64,000 nt of DNA from Styela clava. Its lineage: Eukaryota. The stretch covers positions 10,478,001 to 10,542,000 of the forward strand of contig NC_135264.1 in assembly GCF_964204865.1 (NCBI RefSeq), given 5' to 3'. The notes below the pieces were generated by a model. That model was not told the DNA's origin. It saw only the letters and a program-made list of their open reading frames with translations, and searched no databases. Every line of letters begins with the position of its first letter. The stretch's first letter is position 1. Positions 49,745-62,239 of this stretch are shown here, piece after piece. The position numbers and the translations under genes were made by a program.

Positions 49745-52700
49745 ATGGCCGCTACTGAACAACAGGATTGGGTGTTAGACGATGGTACTGAAAAGCTAGC
49801 TGGGGAAATACAACTACGAAGCTATTCCAAGTTCATTTCAGGGTACTCCCAGCAACTTGCGGATTTGGAAACGGCTCTCGGAAGTTATAGCCTTGATGCA
49901 TGGGATAGGCATTTGGATCCGATTTCGTTGGACACATCTCCGCATGAAAGGACGTCACTTTTGGATTTGATAAACACAGAAAACAAAGTGTTGAATAAGA
50001 TTATAATCGCGTTATCTTCTTTATGCCTCGAAGTACAGCATTTGGAAAAAGAGGCAAAGGAAGAATTTTATGATGCGTTATTGTTCTATGGCGAAGGAGT
50101 AGAAATAAAGGAAGAAGATGGAACACGACAATCCCAAATTGGTCGTCTTTTGCCATTATTACAAAGATTGTCAAGCTTTGTAACAAGAGGAAAAGAAGTC
50201 TTAAAAAACATGATCTTACAACTTGCAGCACTACATAACAAAACGATGCCTAAAGTTATGGAAGTCGGACAAATTCACTTTACAACTGTATTTGAAAGTA
50301 TCGGAGCGTTACTGCGCATCATGATTACTTTAAATGAAATTGTAGCTGCTAATACTGTGTTAAAGAACCATTGGATTCAATATAAAGTTGTGTTGAAGTC
50401 TGTATATCAGGATCCGTCTAAATATGGCGTCGATGCGGATAAAATAAAACCGTTTGAAAAAATGTTAGCCAGAATCGAAAGGCAGATTTTAGATGGTAAA
50501 ATACTGGATCATTGCTGGCTACAAAATTATGACGACACTGGTATTCCAGTCAGTAAAAATACACTTTTTGCTGAAGAATTTGCTACCAATATAAAAATTA
50601 TTTTTGGAAATGTAGAACCGAAAATTGGTGACGGAACTGAAACGACTCAAAGGTTACAGTATGTGGAATTATGTGCTTTATTCGCTCTTCATGTGATGAT
50701 TTTTCGAGACTTGGACAAGCGACTTTTTCGCCAATTGTGGGATGTTTACAAGAAGCTGCCATGCGTTGTTTTGACTAGTAACGTCATTTGGTTCGCTGAT
50801 GAGTTTTTGAAACGATTTGCTGGAAAAGCAATCGACAAGAAAATGTCTGATCAAGTAACCCAATCTCGACTGGCGTACTTGAATTCAAAACAGCAATCCT
50901 TACCTAGGGAAGCCCAAAGTTACTTTTTGACAGTAAGTTCTTGGCTTGTCAAAATGGAGTCTATACAGACGCAAGACAAATCAACTGCCGATCTCAATAA
51001 CAAAGTCAAAATTCTATTGGAGGGAATATATTTATCTTTTGGTTTAAGTAACATGGTAAGCCAAGTGATGAATCTGCATGCAGCAATGCAAAAACCAATG
51101 TCAAGATCTGAAGTATTGGCTCTTTGTCGTATTATGGGATTAGCGAAAGCTATTGAAGACAGTTTTCATCGTTGTGCGATGCAAGTTATGGAAAATGAAC
51201 AACAGATGGTGCAGCATTTACAATACCAAATTCTTGCTGGTTTACAAATGGGAAAAAGAAGAATCGTAGTCGACAAAAAATACAGCGATCGAAGGCTCGA
51301 TATATTATCAGCTATCATGCTTGCTTCGAATTCTATTAACGGACCACCGACAGCTCAAAGAATTCTTGTTACAAAATTAGCCATCAGTATCGCCGATCAA
51401 ATGAGAGTATTTAAAGATGAGGAATTGGGTGTTGTCAAGACGATGATCGACAGATTGATTATTTTTGGAAACAGCCTTAAATCATCTATTCGTAGAGCAT
51501 CTGATTTTTCTTTCTTTTACTGGCATCGTGCAGTCCTTGGAATATTTTTTGACGGAGTTTGTCAAGATCCTACAGATGCAGGTCAAATGCATTATATGTT
51601 TTCTGTTTTGAATGATTGTGTTCCCCATATACGTAGAAGCAAACATGTTGAAAACACAGAAGAACTGGTGAAACATTACTCCGAAGATGTTATAGCAATT
51701 TTGAAACAGAACCTGTTAGTGAAAGTATGCAAGGAGATTGAAAACGACCTACGCCTGTCTGTCCATACCCATTTAAAATTAGATGATAGAAACCCGTATA
51801 AAGTTGGACTGAAAGGCCTTCGACAATTATTGTCCATTAAACCGCTACATTTTCTGAACCAGATGATTGACATAAAAGATTATGTGTCACATTACATCGA
51901 TACGACATTCTATAATTTGACAACTGTGGCTTTGCACGACTGGCGAACCTACGGAGAAATGAGAAATTTGGCTGTACAGAAATATCAACTCAGAATGCAA
52001 GAGGTTCATCTACCAAATCAGACTCTTGAACAAGGTCTTGATGTCTTGGAAATCATGAGAAATATTCACGTATTTGTTTCGAAATATCTCTACAACCTAA
52101 ATAATCAGATATTTGTTGAAAAGTCTAGCAACAACAAGCATCTAAACACGATCAATATTCGCCACGTTGCGAATTCCGTACGAACCCACGGAACTGGAAT
52201 CATGAATACGACAGTGAATTTTACTTTCCAATTTCTAAAGAAAAAATTTTACATTTTTTCTCAGTTTTTGTACGATGAACACATCAAATCAAGACTTATT
52301 AAAGATATTCGGAATTTCAAGGAAAATCGTGTCGCACTCGGACAGAGGTATCCCTACGATCGCGCTGACAGATTCAATAAAGGGATTCGAAAGCTCGGTC
52401 TTTCACCTGAGGGTCATAGTTATTTGGATCAATTCCGACTGCTCGTTTCTCATATAGGAAATGCAATGGGATATGTTCGCATGGTAAGGTCTGGCGGAAT
52501 TCATTATTGCAGTGATGCAATACGTTTCGTTCCTGATCTTGATGATATCGTGAGTTTCAATGAACTAGTGAGAGAGGAAAACATAGGAGATGAAGTAAAT
52601 GAAGCCGCGTCACATTTGGATACTGTGATTGATACCTTGTCGAAAAATTCCGCTGAAGGATCGGATTATTTTACCAAACTTGTTGATGTTTTTTCGCAAG

Positions 52701-53245
52701 AATTCCGCAGTCAGAAAAACATGCATTTGAGGAATTTTTACGCCATTCTGCCGCCTTTGACGCTGAACTTCGTTGAGCACAGCATAAGCTGCAAAGAAAA
52801 AATGAATAAGAAGAATAAACAAGGTGCCGCGTTCACGGATGACGGATTCGCAATGGGCGTCGCATACATTCTCAAACTTCTTGACCAATATAAAGATTTT
52901 GATTCGCTTCATTGGTTCCAATCTGTGAAGCATAAGCACGAAGAAGACATGAAAAGTCAGAAAAAGGATGTAACATCTTCCTCTAAGAAACAACAATCTT
53001 CATCCAACATTACAGAGGATGAGAAGCTCCTCCAGGCAACATCTCTTGCTCTAAAAAGAATCTTAATTTATCAGAGAGAATTTGAACTTCTCTATTTTTC
53101 GTTGAGCAGTGCAAGAATATTTTTCCGCGGAAATAAAGCTGATGATGATGGAGATGAGAAACCATCTGAGGATACTACTCAAGACAACGCTAACAACTCT
53201 GGAAATGAGTCTACCACTCAACAACCTCCTCAACCTAATTCATGA
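49745..53245 (+). CDS. WASHC4: WASH complex subunit 4 (SWIP/KIAA1033), 1166 aa, single coding exon
   Basis: Continuous ORF from ATG 49745 (the ORF track starts at an upstream TTG). Motifs: TENKVLNKII, LRLSVHTHLKLDDRNP, FYNLTTVALHDWRTYGEMRNLA, LPNQTLEQGLDVLEIMRNIHVFVSKYLYNLNNQIFVE, RTHGTGIMNTTVNF, FTDDGFAMGVAYILKLLDQ, LSSARIFF. Confidence 0.97.
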   Translation: MAATEQQDWVLDDGTEKLAGEIQLRSYSKFISGYSQQLADLETALGSYSLDAWDRHLDPISLDTSPHERTSLLDLINTENKVLNKIIIALSSLCLEVQHLEKEAKEEFYDALLFYGEGVEIKEEDGTRQSQIGRLLPLLQRLSSFVTRGKEVLKNMILQLAALHNKTMPKVMEVGQIHFTTVFESIGALLRIMITLNEIVAANTVLKNHWIQYKVVLKSVYQDPSKYGVDADKIKPFEKMLARIERQILDGKILDHCWLQNYDDTGIPVSKNTLFAEEFATNIKIIFGNVEPKIGDGTETTQRLQYVELCALFALHVMIFRDLDKRLFRQLWDVYKKLPCVVLTSNVIWFADEFLKRFAGKAIDKKMSDQVTQSRLAYLNSKQQSLPREAQSYFLTVSSWLVKMESIQTQDKSTADLNNKVKILLEGIYLSFGLSNMVSQVMNLHAAMQKPMSRSEVLALCRIMGLAKAIEDSFHRCAMQVMENEQQMVQHLQYQILAGLQMGKRRIVVDKKYSDRRLDILSAIMLASNSINGPPTAQRILVTKLAISIADQMRVFKDEELGVVKTMIDRLIIFGNSLKSSIRRASDFSFFYWHRAVLGIFFDGVCQDPTDAGQMHYMFSVLNDCVPHIRRSKHVENTEELVKHYSEDVIAILKQNLLVKVCKEIENDLRLSVHTHLKLDDRNPYKVGLKGLRQLLSIKPLHFLNQMIDIKDYVSHYIDTTFYNLTTVALHDWRTYGEMRNLAVQKYQLRMQEVHLPNQTLEQGLDVLEIMRNIHVFVSKYLYNLNNQIFVEKSSNNKHLNTINIRHVANSVRTHGTGIMNTTVNFTFQFLKKKFYIFSQFLYDEHIKSRLIKDIRNFKENRVALGQRYPYDRADRFNKGIRKLGLSPEGHSYLDQFRLLVSHIGNAMGYVRMVRSGGIHYCSDAIRFVPDLDDIVSFNELVREENIGDEVNEAASHLDTVIDTLSKNSAEGSDYFTKLVDVFSQEFRSQKNMHLRNFYAILPPLTLNFVEHSISCKEKMNKKNKQGAAFTDDGFAMGVAYILKLLDQYKDFDSLHWFQSVKHKHEEDMKSQKKDVTSSSKKQQSSSNITEDEKLLQATSLALKRILIYQREFELLYFSLSSARIFFRGNKADDDGDEKPSEDTTQDNANNSGNESTTQQPPQPNS

Positions 53246-53422
53246 ACTATTATTTTTTGTGCTAACTTTCAATTTGCCTTCATTATATTATTATTATTGA
53301 TTGTAACCAGGGAAATCAAAGACAAATCAAATATTCAAATAACAATTTCTCAACTGTATTTTTAATACTAAATTATAATTCCAGTGATTTACAATGATTT
53401 GTTAGAATTTGACCGTTCAACA

Positions 53423-53731
53423 CAGGGGTGTGTAACCTGCGGGCCAAATGCGGCCCACAAGTATAAATTGTGCGGCTCGCGAAATGAGTTTTTAATTCAG
53501 TTCAATCTGGTACGTGCAAGTAATTCGAATCCCTTTGCGTTGCATAGCCTATACCGGAATCCATTTATTATCTATGCCTATGATGCACCAATGCCGCAGG
53601 TCATAAGATTAATACCCAAACATTTTTGTGCCTGCAACTACTAGAAATTTCATGTTAAATAATGGTGCGACCCACGGTTTCACCCAATTATTTGTAACTG
53701 GTCCTCCTGTTTTAAAGGTTGCACACCCCTG
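53423..53731. mobile_element. hAT (Charlie-like) MITE downstream of WASHC4
   Basis: TIRs CAGGGGTGTGTAACCT / AGGTTGCACACCCCTG. Imperfect TSD GTTCAACA/GTTTAATA. GCGGCCC motifs. Related to 7426-7681. Confidence 0.8.
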
Positions 53732-54794
53732 GTTTAATATATTCTTTATTTCACCTTTGAAAATTCTTTTTGAAATATACTTGGAATTGTGTGCTATTCT
53801 GGTCATCATTCTCTGATTGTAACTACCATTTTCTTTTAACATTATTTAAAAAAAAATTTAATTTTGTTCATATTGAGTTGCAAATTTAAATATTTAATTC
53901 CATGTAGCCATTATATTATATACCGGTAAGCCTGCAATTTTTATTTCTTATTTATTTAACAAAAATCTGTTTCAAACCAAGATTAAATGTATTATCGTCA
54001 TTTTTTTTTTTAAAAGTAGTTAATACAAAAGGTTGTTTTCCCGTATATTAATGGGCAATGTGGAGACCATTTCTCAACACATGATATCAATTCTTAGTTA
54101 GGTATAAATTAACAACGATTGGTATTTTTCTAACTATATATAGCCTTTTGATCTAGAATTTTGAAACCTTAAATCCAATTAGACAAATTGATGGAATCTG
54201 ACATATTCAGTTGGTGATAGTGACTGAGAGCCTGTGATTAAATATGAGATTGTATTTTTGATTTGGGGATTTTTTTTCTTTTGAATCGTAAATTTTGTAT
54301 CATATTGTTAATGAGAATTCATTCCTTGTTATTGATTATCCGATTGATTTAAAATTACTTCATTATTTGTGATTAGTTTCTTAATATGTGCTTGTCAAAA
54401 AATGGATAGGCCAGTATAGAAATCAGCCGTTTTTTTGTGATTACTATAATAGTATGTTGATGAATATTCATTGCCACTGATTTTCTTTGATTGTTGTAAT
54501 AAAAGGGGTATGGTATACTTCAGTACTATTTGACGATATAGCAAAAATAACAGCACTGGCACTTGGTTGTTAGAATAAGATGATTCCGACTAGTCGTACA
54601 TCAATGATTTTTATATCAGCAAATTCAGATTTGTACTGAAGTATACGTATTCCTCATACTATTTTAAGTGCAATATTAAATTTTCTTTGCCTATGGCTCT
54701 ATTATTATCATATATTGTATATTCTCGAAATATTGAAATTATTACCATATTTGATTATTCGTTTAATTATAGTTAGAATAATTAGATAGTCTAA

Positions 54795-57700
54795 ATGGGG
54801 AATGGAAATACACATCATCGTCGGCCTAAGAAGCATTCTAAGGACGACGCTTCGTTAGCGGCACCCACTCCTTCAGAAGGCAGATTGACACCTTCCATGC
54901 AGCATAGAGGAACAGTGGGAAAATTTCAAGGCAAAGATGTCATGATAAGCTACAGTCATCAGGATATAGATATAATGAGAAAAATAAAAAGTAAGATTGT
55001 TATGTTTGGTATGTTTTTATTGATATTATTGTCGGAGTCCAAGTTTGGTTTGAAGTCATATTTTATTCTGATGACGTTTTTGAAATCTGTGCAGCCTTTT
55101 TTATAATTACTGATATAGGATTTACAGAATAGGATAGGATTTATATATTTATTCCATAGGGGGGAGAAAGCCTATAAACCGGCTTAATCATGTGGCGAAC
55201 CACAGCTTCTTGTCCAGTTACCAATCCATGTTGGTTATGGAATTAGTTAGCCAGCTATTTGTTTTCAGATGCATGGACTTGATGGTGGAGGAAGCCATAA
55301 CCGATCAGCGGTAACGTGAACCACCTTTGTGGAGGGGAAGAGTCCAGCAATCCTCTCGCACATAATTATAGGATTCGAACCTGCGAACCCACGTAGGGTA
55401 ATCAGATCTGCGGTCGCAAGCGTACCAATATTAGTTAATAAAAGCTAAATGGGTATTGTGGGAAAATTGCTCTTCTCTGCAACTTATGAACCAGACTTTT
55501 TCAAATGAAGACCCAAATTTTACTGGTTTTCATAATTTTCTGGGCTCAAATTCATATGAAAATCATTTTTAAACATTTGCTGAGAATTTTTCTGGTTTTG
55601 TGGTAATTATATTAATCATTTGACCATTATGTCTTCTATATATTTGAGCATTGATCTCTTGTATTTATTCATCATTTTTTGTCTTTCAGCTATTCTTGAG
55701 AAAGCTGATATCACGGTATGGGTTGATGAAACTGGTTTGTCTCCTGGTACTTCATATTTACGAGAAATCGGTGAAGCGATTGTAGATTCTTACGCATTTC
55801 TTGTTCTTCTGAGTCAAGACTCCGTACAGTCCAAGTACTGTCAAGTAAGAAGTTTTATTATGGACTTCCAGTTTGAAAATATTAATTCTACAAGATGTTT
55901 CTGTCGTATTTACAGATTAGCATTTCTGCTTTAATTTTTTTCGAAGTAATTTTATTTTAATTGTAGCGTTTTTTGGTATATTCATGTTGTTATCTTCAGT
56001 TCCTTTTGCAATTTGACTTTCTTGATCTATGATTTTTTCAGAGTTGAAGTTTAACATAAATTTATTTAACTATTTACTACTCAAATTATTTTTGCTATTC
56101 GCCTGTGTCCTAATTTTAGATTCTTATTGGTGGTTATTGAAGTCCAAATTTCTGATAGAAACCTAAATTAGTATTAAGTTAATTAACTATACATTCTCGA
56201 CAGAGGATTAAATAAAACTTTGCATTCAACTGTATTTTAGTGGCAAAATTTCGATTTCTGGAAGTTGAGGGATCAGGATTAGAAATATACCTACTTCAAC
56301 TGGGGTTCAAAGTTCAAATTATGCGTCAGAAATCTGAGACGGTCATTTTTAAAATTCTTTTCTATTATATTATCCAGGATGAAGTTTCACTTGCGTATAT
56401 ATCAAACAAAAGTATATTTGCTGTCGCCATCAAACCTTTTGATGAACTAACACCTATCATGGATTTGGGAATGTGAGTTTGTTAAAAAATTGTTTGAGAG
56501 GAAGTACAACATTTTTTACTTTGGCTCTGATTCTGGAGAATTTAAAAATATAATACCGGTTTTAATATTGATAAAAAAACATGAACAAACTCACACTTCG
56601 TTCCCAACATGTAGCTGTGATTAATACCCGTACAACTTTTCGGGTTTAGAATTATTTTATTTTCTTATTTCAGGAAACTTACACTCTCTGCAGTACAATG
56701 GCATTTTATAACCGGGGAAAGCAAGATGCACGAACAACTTGAACCTTTAATATCAAGTATTCAAGCTAATTTAACAGTCTTGAAACAAACTCAATCTGAT
56801 TCAGAAGCAGAAGAACGAACAACGGATGGTATGTTAAGGAAGTAAAACCACCATCATATGATTTTCGCAGACCAAATTGACTATTTTTTGAACGAAAAAA
56901 ATGAAATATTTTTTTTTAATTTTTATATATTCAAGTATTCATTCTGTTTTTAGCATGTCTGCTCAATACTACAGGGTGTTCCAAAATAAATGAAACCCAC
57001 AAAATTGGTAATTGAATTAATAGGTTTCATTTATTTTAGGACACATCCCGTATATATTTTAGTTTATAGGCAAAGATGCCAAAAACAAACTGTCTACTTA
57101 ATTACTGTATATGCAATATTTTGAATTATTGATTCTTAGAATAGTTTTGTTTGAAATTTTACCATTTCAAGCAATTGAAATTCACAAAATGGCAAAAAGA
57201 TCGATGATAAATTTCTAAATTCAATCTCTTCGAATATACATCGTCCACTATGTGTTTGAAACAAATGTTTTAGAATGTATGTAAAATAGTACTAGATTAT
57301 TCCCAGCCATCTCCAAGTATGGCTACAGATAATTATTCTGAGTTGATCAAAGTAAAATATTGCTTTGAATTACTTCTTGGGATATGTTACACTGCCATAA
57401 CATTCAGTCTTGACTGTATCGCAATAAAATTGTAAATTCAAATTTTTGTTATTTGAGAGTCTCGTTATATTTCAGTAGATTCTCATCTAACTGATAGTGG
57501 CAGTGAAAGTGACAGTAAGTTGGTCATTGTATTATGTTCGTTTGCATGACACGGTGGCATTTATATGGGGTTTATATTTTTATCGCTTTTTATCACAGAA
57601 TGTTTACCTATATGCATGAAATGCATGAAGTTCCTCTCAGTCTATTCAATTATTGGTGTTTGATGCATTTTTACTTCAACCTTGTGTCTATGTCACAATA

Positions 57701-58564
57701 AGAAACTAAAACCCTTCCATTAAAATGCACAAGGTACTGGCGTGCATACAGCACAAGCTTGCCGCATGGATGAGGTTAATATTGCAAAGTTTAAGTTCAG
57801 GGTTCTATCATTGTTTAACTAATCATAATAAATATGCAACAATCCTATTTTTTCGTGGATATTGCCAATCATTGCATGTGGAATATCAGTCACCAGTACG
57901 CAGTACATATCATCATATTTCTATGTTTATTATTGTGTTGTTTGTTTATATTCTGAATAAATATTTTGTAAAAAACTCTTACCAACTATTTTCTACATTA
58001 TTACCTACTTTATTATAACCATTATAACAAATATTCATACTATTGATTAAAATTGTCAAGTACTTTTTAATAACTGAATCCAAATGAAAAAATGAATGTT
58101 CAAGTTTTACAGTAATTTAAGACCAAAATCTTGGCATTTTTTCCTCTAAATTTCACCACTTTTAGGTAAATTATTTTTTTCAATCACCAAAATTATGAAG
58201 ATTTGAATTATCTGAGCTGAAACCAAAATATTCAGTGATTTTTTTAACAATTTTTTTTCAGTTTCAGTTTTTTGGCTATTTTCAAAATGAAAATAAAATA
58301 CTGTTGATACAATGTCTTGCAACTTATACATTGTGCTAATGTTTAATATCAACAATATTTTTATCATCTTTTTTTAGATGAATCCGAGGAGGAGCCTAGT
58401 AATTATGTGATGAACAGACAAGCGTTTAAGTTACGACGATTAATGAGCAGGACGAGAATTTTGTCAGAAGAAGATGATTTAGAAGATACATCGGAAATAC
58501 AAACCGATAAAGAATTCTGGATTTCTCATTTTGGGGAAGATATTCAGATGGTCGAATGGCCGAA
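54795..58564 (+). CDS. Cytosolic TIR (TIR_2-type) domain protein with an N-myristoylation-like start; first six exons, remainder presumably beyond the window
   Basis: Exons 54795-54990, 55690-55844, 56378-56472, 56674-56828, 57476-57514 and 58378-58564 join in frame: MGNGNT...KDVMISYSHQD..KIK-TILEKADITVWVDETGLSPGTSYLREIGEAIVDSYAFLVLLSQDSVQSKYCQ-DEVSLAYISNKSIFAV...EFWISHFGEDIQMVEWP. No stop is reached and the last donor is GTAAGT at 58565. Confidence 0.88.
55129..55425 (-). mobile_element. SINE copy, 5'-truncated
   Basis: ATAGGATAGGATTTATATATTTATT..GCATGGACTTGATGGTGGAGGAAGCC..GGATTCGAACCTGCGAACCCAC. Confidence 0.85.
56972..57050. mobile_element. Tiny Tc1/mariner-type MITE
   Basis: TA|CAGGGTGTTCCAAAATAAATGAAACC ... 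GGTTTCATTTATTTTAGGACACATCCCG|TA. Confidence 0.7.
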
Positions 58565-60550
58565 GTAAGTTGCAAGAATGGTATTTTTTTGCAAGATTTT
58601 TTATTTTTATAAGATTTAAAGATTTATTTTCAATGGCAAAAATCAAAATTGAATTCAAATTCCAGGAAGATGTCATTTTGGATATTGACAATTTGTATGT
58701 TAACGAAACAAAATCTTTATGATCATCGATGTAAATAACGTATTATTTAGTCTGTTTGTCATCAGTCATGAAGAATTTTTTTGAAACTTAAACATTTAAA
58801 TGAAGCTAGATATTGGTCTTTTTGAAGATCATGTTTTTCGTTTTAAAAATGCATTCATTCGAAATATGAATGAATTTCTTTATCAGATTGATGTAATAAT
58901 AGTCTAGTTATGTCACAATACCAATAATTGTAATTTATTTTTCAAATAATTTATTTGTGTATCCTGAACGTTCCTCAAAGTAGTAAAATGTTACAATTCA
59001 TAAAACTATTTTAACTCAACTTATTTTATAAAAGCTGAGAAAGTAGGAAATTAGATATTACGGTAAATCTTGTTTCTGAAGTTTGATTGTGCTGTTATAA
59101 ACTGCACTATGAAATAATATTTCTTGAGTTTGGAACTCATTTACGAATACTTCCTGATGGTTGGTATCAGTGTTCACTATTAGCGCACTTTTTTGCGAAA
59201 ATTGCGAAGCACTTTCGCAACTTTTTTTAGGGACCGCGAAATAGCACTTTTTTCCGATTTTGAAGAGAAATAGCACTTTTTTCCGATTTCGAATGGAATA
59301 AAAATTCAAAGTTAACAAATATTTTCGAGTATTAAGTTGACAAATAAGTAACATACTAGTACTTTTGTAACTCAATTCTGCATATCATAACGACCGGAAT
59401 TCTAACCTATGAGATGCAGACATAGGAGATAAAGCTTTTGCATTAACGGCAAAATTCTTGTTTATAATATGATTATTATACAAGCACACCGATTCCGCTT
59501 CTCCCGCAAAAAACGCTCCCCTTGATTGAAACCAGATGTTGGAATACTAGGCAGTGCGTTTCTTTGAAGGAGAGTAGTCATGTGACTATCAATGATATCG
59601 ATGAATTCAAAATGACTATAAAAGTGTTAGGTGTTATAGTCACTTTGGATGAATTGTGACCAAACTGCACGATTTTCAAATCAGACGAAACTTTTAGTAG
59701 CATGTCACAGATTTGCAAAATCACCAAATTCACAAAATACCATTAAGTGCCATTTTATTGTAATCACAATGTTGAAAGGACGTGGCATTTTCCGGAATTT
59801 TGCGATACTTACACAACTATTTCTCATTGATATGCGAGGTTGGGTGGGCAAAATTCAATATTTTTTTTGAATCGAATATTTTTAGGGAGTACCGAATAAA
59901 CGTGGTGGAAACATTAAAAAATCGGCAACAAAGCCTTTTTACTGGTTAATTCCGTTGTAATCGCTAATTGTTCTTGTCACTGATCGTTTTGGCGGCGATA
60001 TTCAGGTTTTGGGTAATCTATATTCCCGCCCTCTCTTTTTTACAAATATGAATTCTTGTGGGTCGGCGGACATCGAAGTTTTATATTTCGGGTTTACCCG
60101 TTCGTTCACATCGGCAACAGCTGTTGAATACATTGAGGACTCAAATTAACATTTGCGTTGGCTTTAATATTACCTATCAAGATTTGTAAATTTACCGTCC
60201 CAATTTTATGCGAATGGTAATATTATTGTCCATACCGTGATGCAGATATTTATTAAGACGATAATTAACTTTCTCATGTATTTCTATGGTGATAAACTTC
60301 GCAAGTCTGAAATTGTGCCAATCCTGAATGTTGATTTAAAATAGTGATTGAATAATTCGGCAATAAAGGCATTTCTGCGTGGTCATAAGACGAGATGACG
60401 TTAATGAACAGCACTTCTTTTACAGGATATTTTACGTATGCGACTTAATGCTAAAAAGATTGGGCTCGAGTGCTTTTTTTTTCGAGTGCTCGAGAGCCTA
60501 ATAGAGGTCAGGCGCTAATTGTAACTAATTCCCTCAAGTTTCAACGTGTT

Positions 60551-61700
60551 TTCAACAAAACAACACCCCGGCGATAATTATAGCTAAAATGTTACCGAGC
60601 AATTCACAATTTTATTTATGGAATTTGCAAATTCACCAGTTTCTTGACGATTTTGATATTGTCACGCCCTAATTATTAGGGCAAAAAATACTCCCCTTTT
60701 TCCGCGGCGGTTTGACGGGTTCTTTGTTCCATTTTTCAGAAGGTTCTGACACGGGGATATAGAATACTGAATCCGGAGGGTTGAATCCCTGTCCAGTTAC
60801 TGGTGATTTTCCGTTTTGAAATGCGTGAAACATTCTCTATTTCAAATTAAATGACGTTTCGCGGGCTAGAGTACTCCCCGAAAATGATGTGTTCCAGACG
60901 TTAGTTAGACGATAGATAAAACATTAGATTAATAATTTTCGTGACGCCCCGTTTTCGAAAATACAAAGTTATATCGCAAAAAATGCGTTATGATACATTT
61001 GGAATGAAACATTATTTACGGTTAACTCAGATCATATTTTACTCTTCATGACACCCGGTATCCGAAAATACAGTTGTATCTCGAAAAATGTGTTTTGTTA
61101 CATTAAAAATAAAACCTTTTTGTGATTAATTTAGATCAAATTTTACCTTTCACGGCAACCCGTTTCCGAAAATACAAAGTTATATCACAAAAAAATGCGT
61201 TTTGTTACATTTATTTTGCATTCCCAATAAAATACATATTTTCCCTAATTAAGGTCGTCGATGAATCTGTTCCTGTCGTTCAAGCTCGACACACGTTTGG
61301 ACGAGTGTGGGGCGTTTTTTTGGTCGACGATAAATTAAAAAGTTGCCACACGTTATTTGTATAACGATAATAACTGAAAATTAAGATTTTATAATAGAAG
61401 TGAATTTGTCTCAAGATGGTATTTTACACGCTGACAGGCTTGGTTATAATTGATATTCGTTTAATTTATTTTACACTATTAATAAACGCGCCACACCAAT
61501 TGCGACCATATAAATTGCAGTCGCATCGGTATGGACTGTATGTTTTTGGCGCTCTCACATTAATAATAATTTTCAACAAAACAATACCCCAACGGTCATT
61601 AAAGCTGAATTCGTTACCGAATAATTCACAATTTTATTTACGGAATTTGCAATTTCAGGATCTCACTTGACGATTTTGATGATGTCATGCCCTAATTATT
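60551..61700. repeat. ~130-bp direct repeats (60551-60680, 61572-61700) enclosing three ~105-bp tandem units (60940-61205)
   Basis: TTCAACAAAACAA..GTTACCGA..AATTCACAATTTTATTTA.GGAATTTGCAA..GACGATTTTGAT..GCCCTAATTATT occurs twice. CGAAAATACA(AAGTTATATC)..AAAAATG.GTT occurs three times. Confidence 0.75.
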
Positions 61701-62239
61701 ACTGCTTAAATGCCTCAAAATACAACAAATGTAATCATTTTCGACGATAACAGGCGCAACAATTCGTAAACGAGCCGTTATAACGAAATTCGCGATTGAT
61801 TTTACCTCTCTCTTGTTTACAATTTTTCCCGCCGGCCATGTATGGTCGAATAAAATGTTCACATATTCGAAACATGACTTGGCCAAGGATGGAAGGGATC
61901 ACTAATGAGCTAATAGAAAGTACATACGCGAGGGTATGATATTAATATCGAGAATATTTGTGAGCATATCACAGGACGGAAATATTTTGCACCCGGCTGT
62001 TTGTTGGCAGAACAACGATACGCTAAAGTTGAATGATCGAATACAGGGAAGTATTTATTTATCATCTCACTTGCGAACATTGAGGTTTTGGCGGAATTGT
62101 ACGATCATGTTGTCTTTCTTAAATAATAACTTTTTCAATAAATGTTCATTTTTCTTTTGCGTCTTTATTATATGTCGGGTTTTCATTTATTTTAAATTCG
62201 AAATTGTCCGAAATACTCCAACAGGTGTATAAGTACAAT

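Noticed and set aside
50001-52996. Antisense and alternative-frame ORFs within WASHC4 (60-128 aa)
   Set aside because: Shadow ORFs of a long coding exon, with no recognisable motifs or splice support.
59179-60503. Possible DNA transposon bounded by GCAC(TTTT)/GTGC motif clusters
   Set aside because: The ends are only loosely complementary and no TSD or transposase frame could be established.
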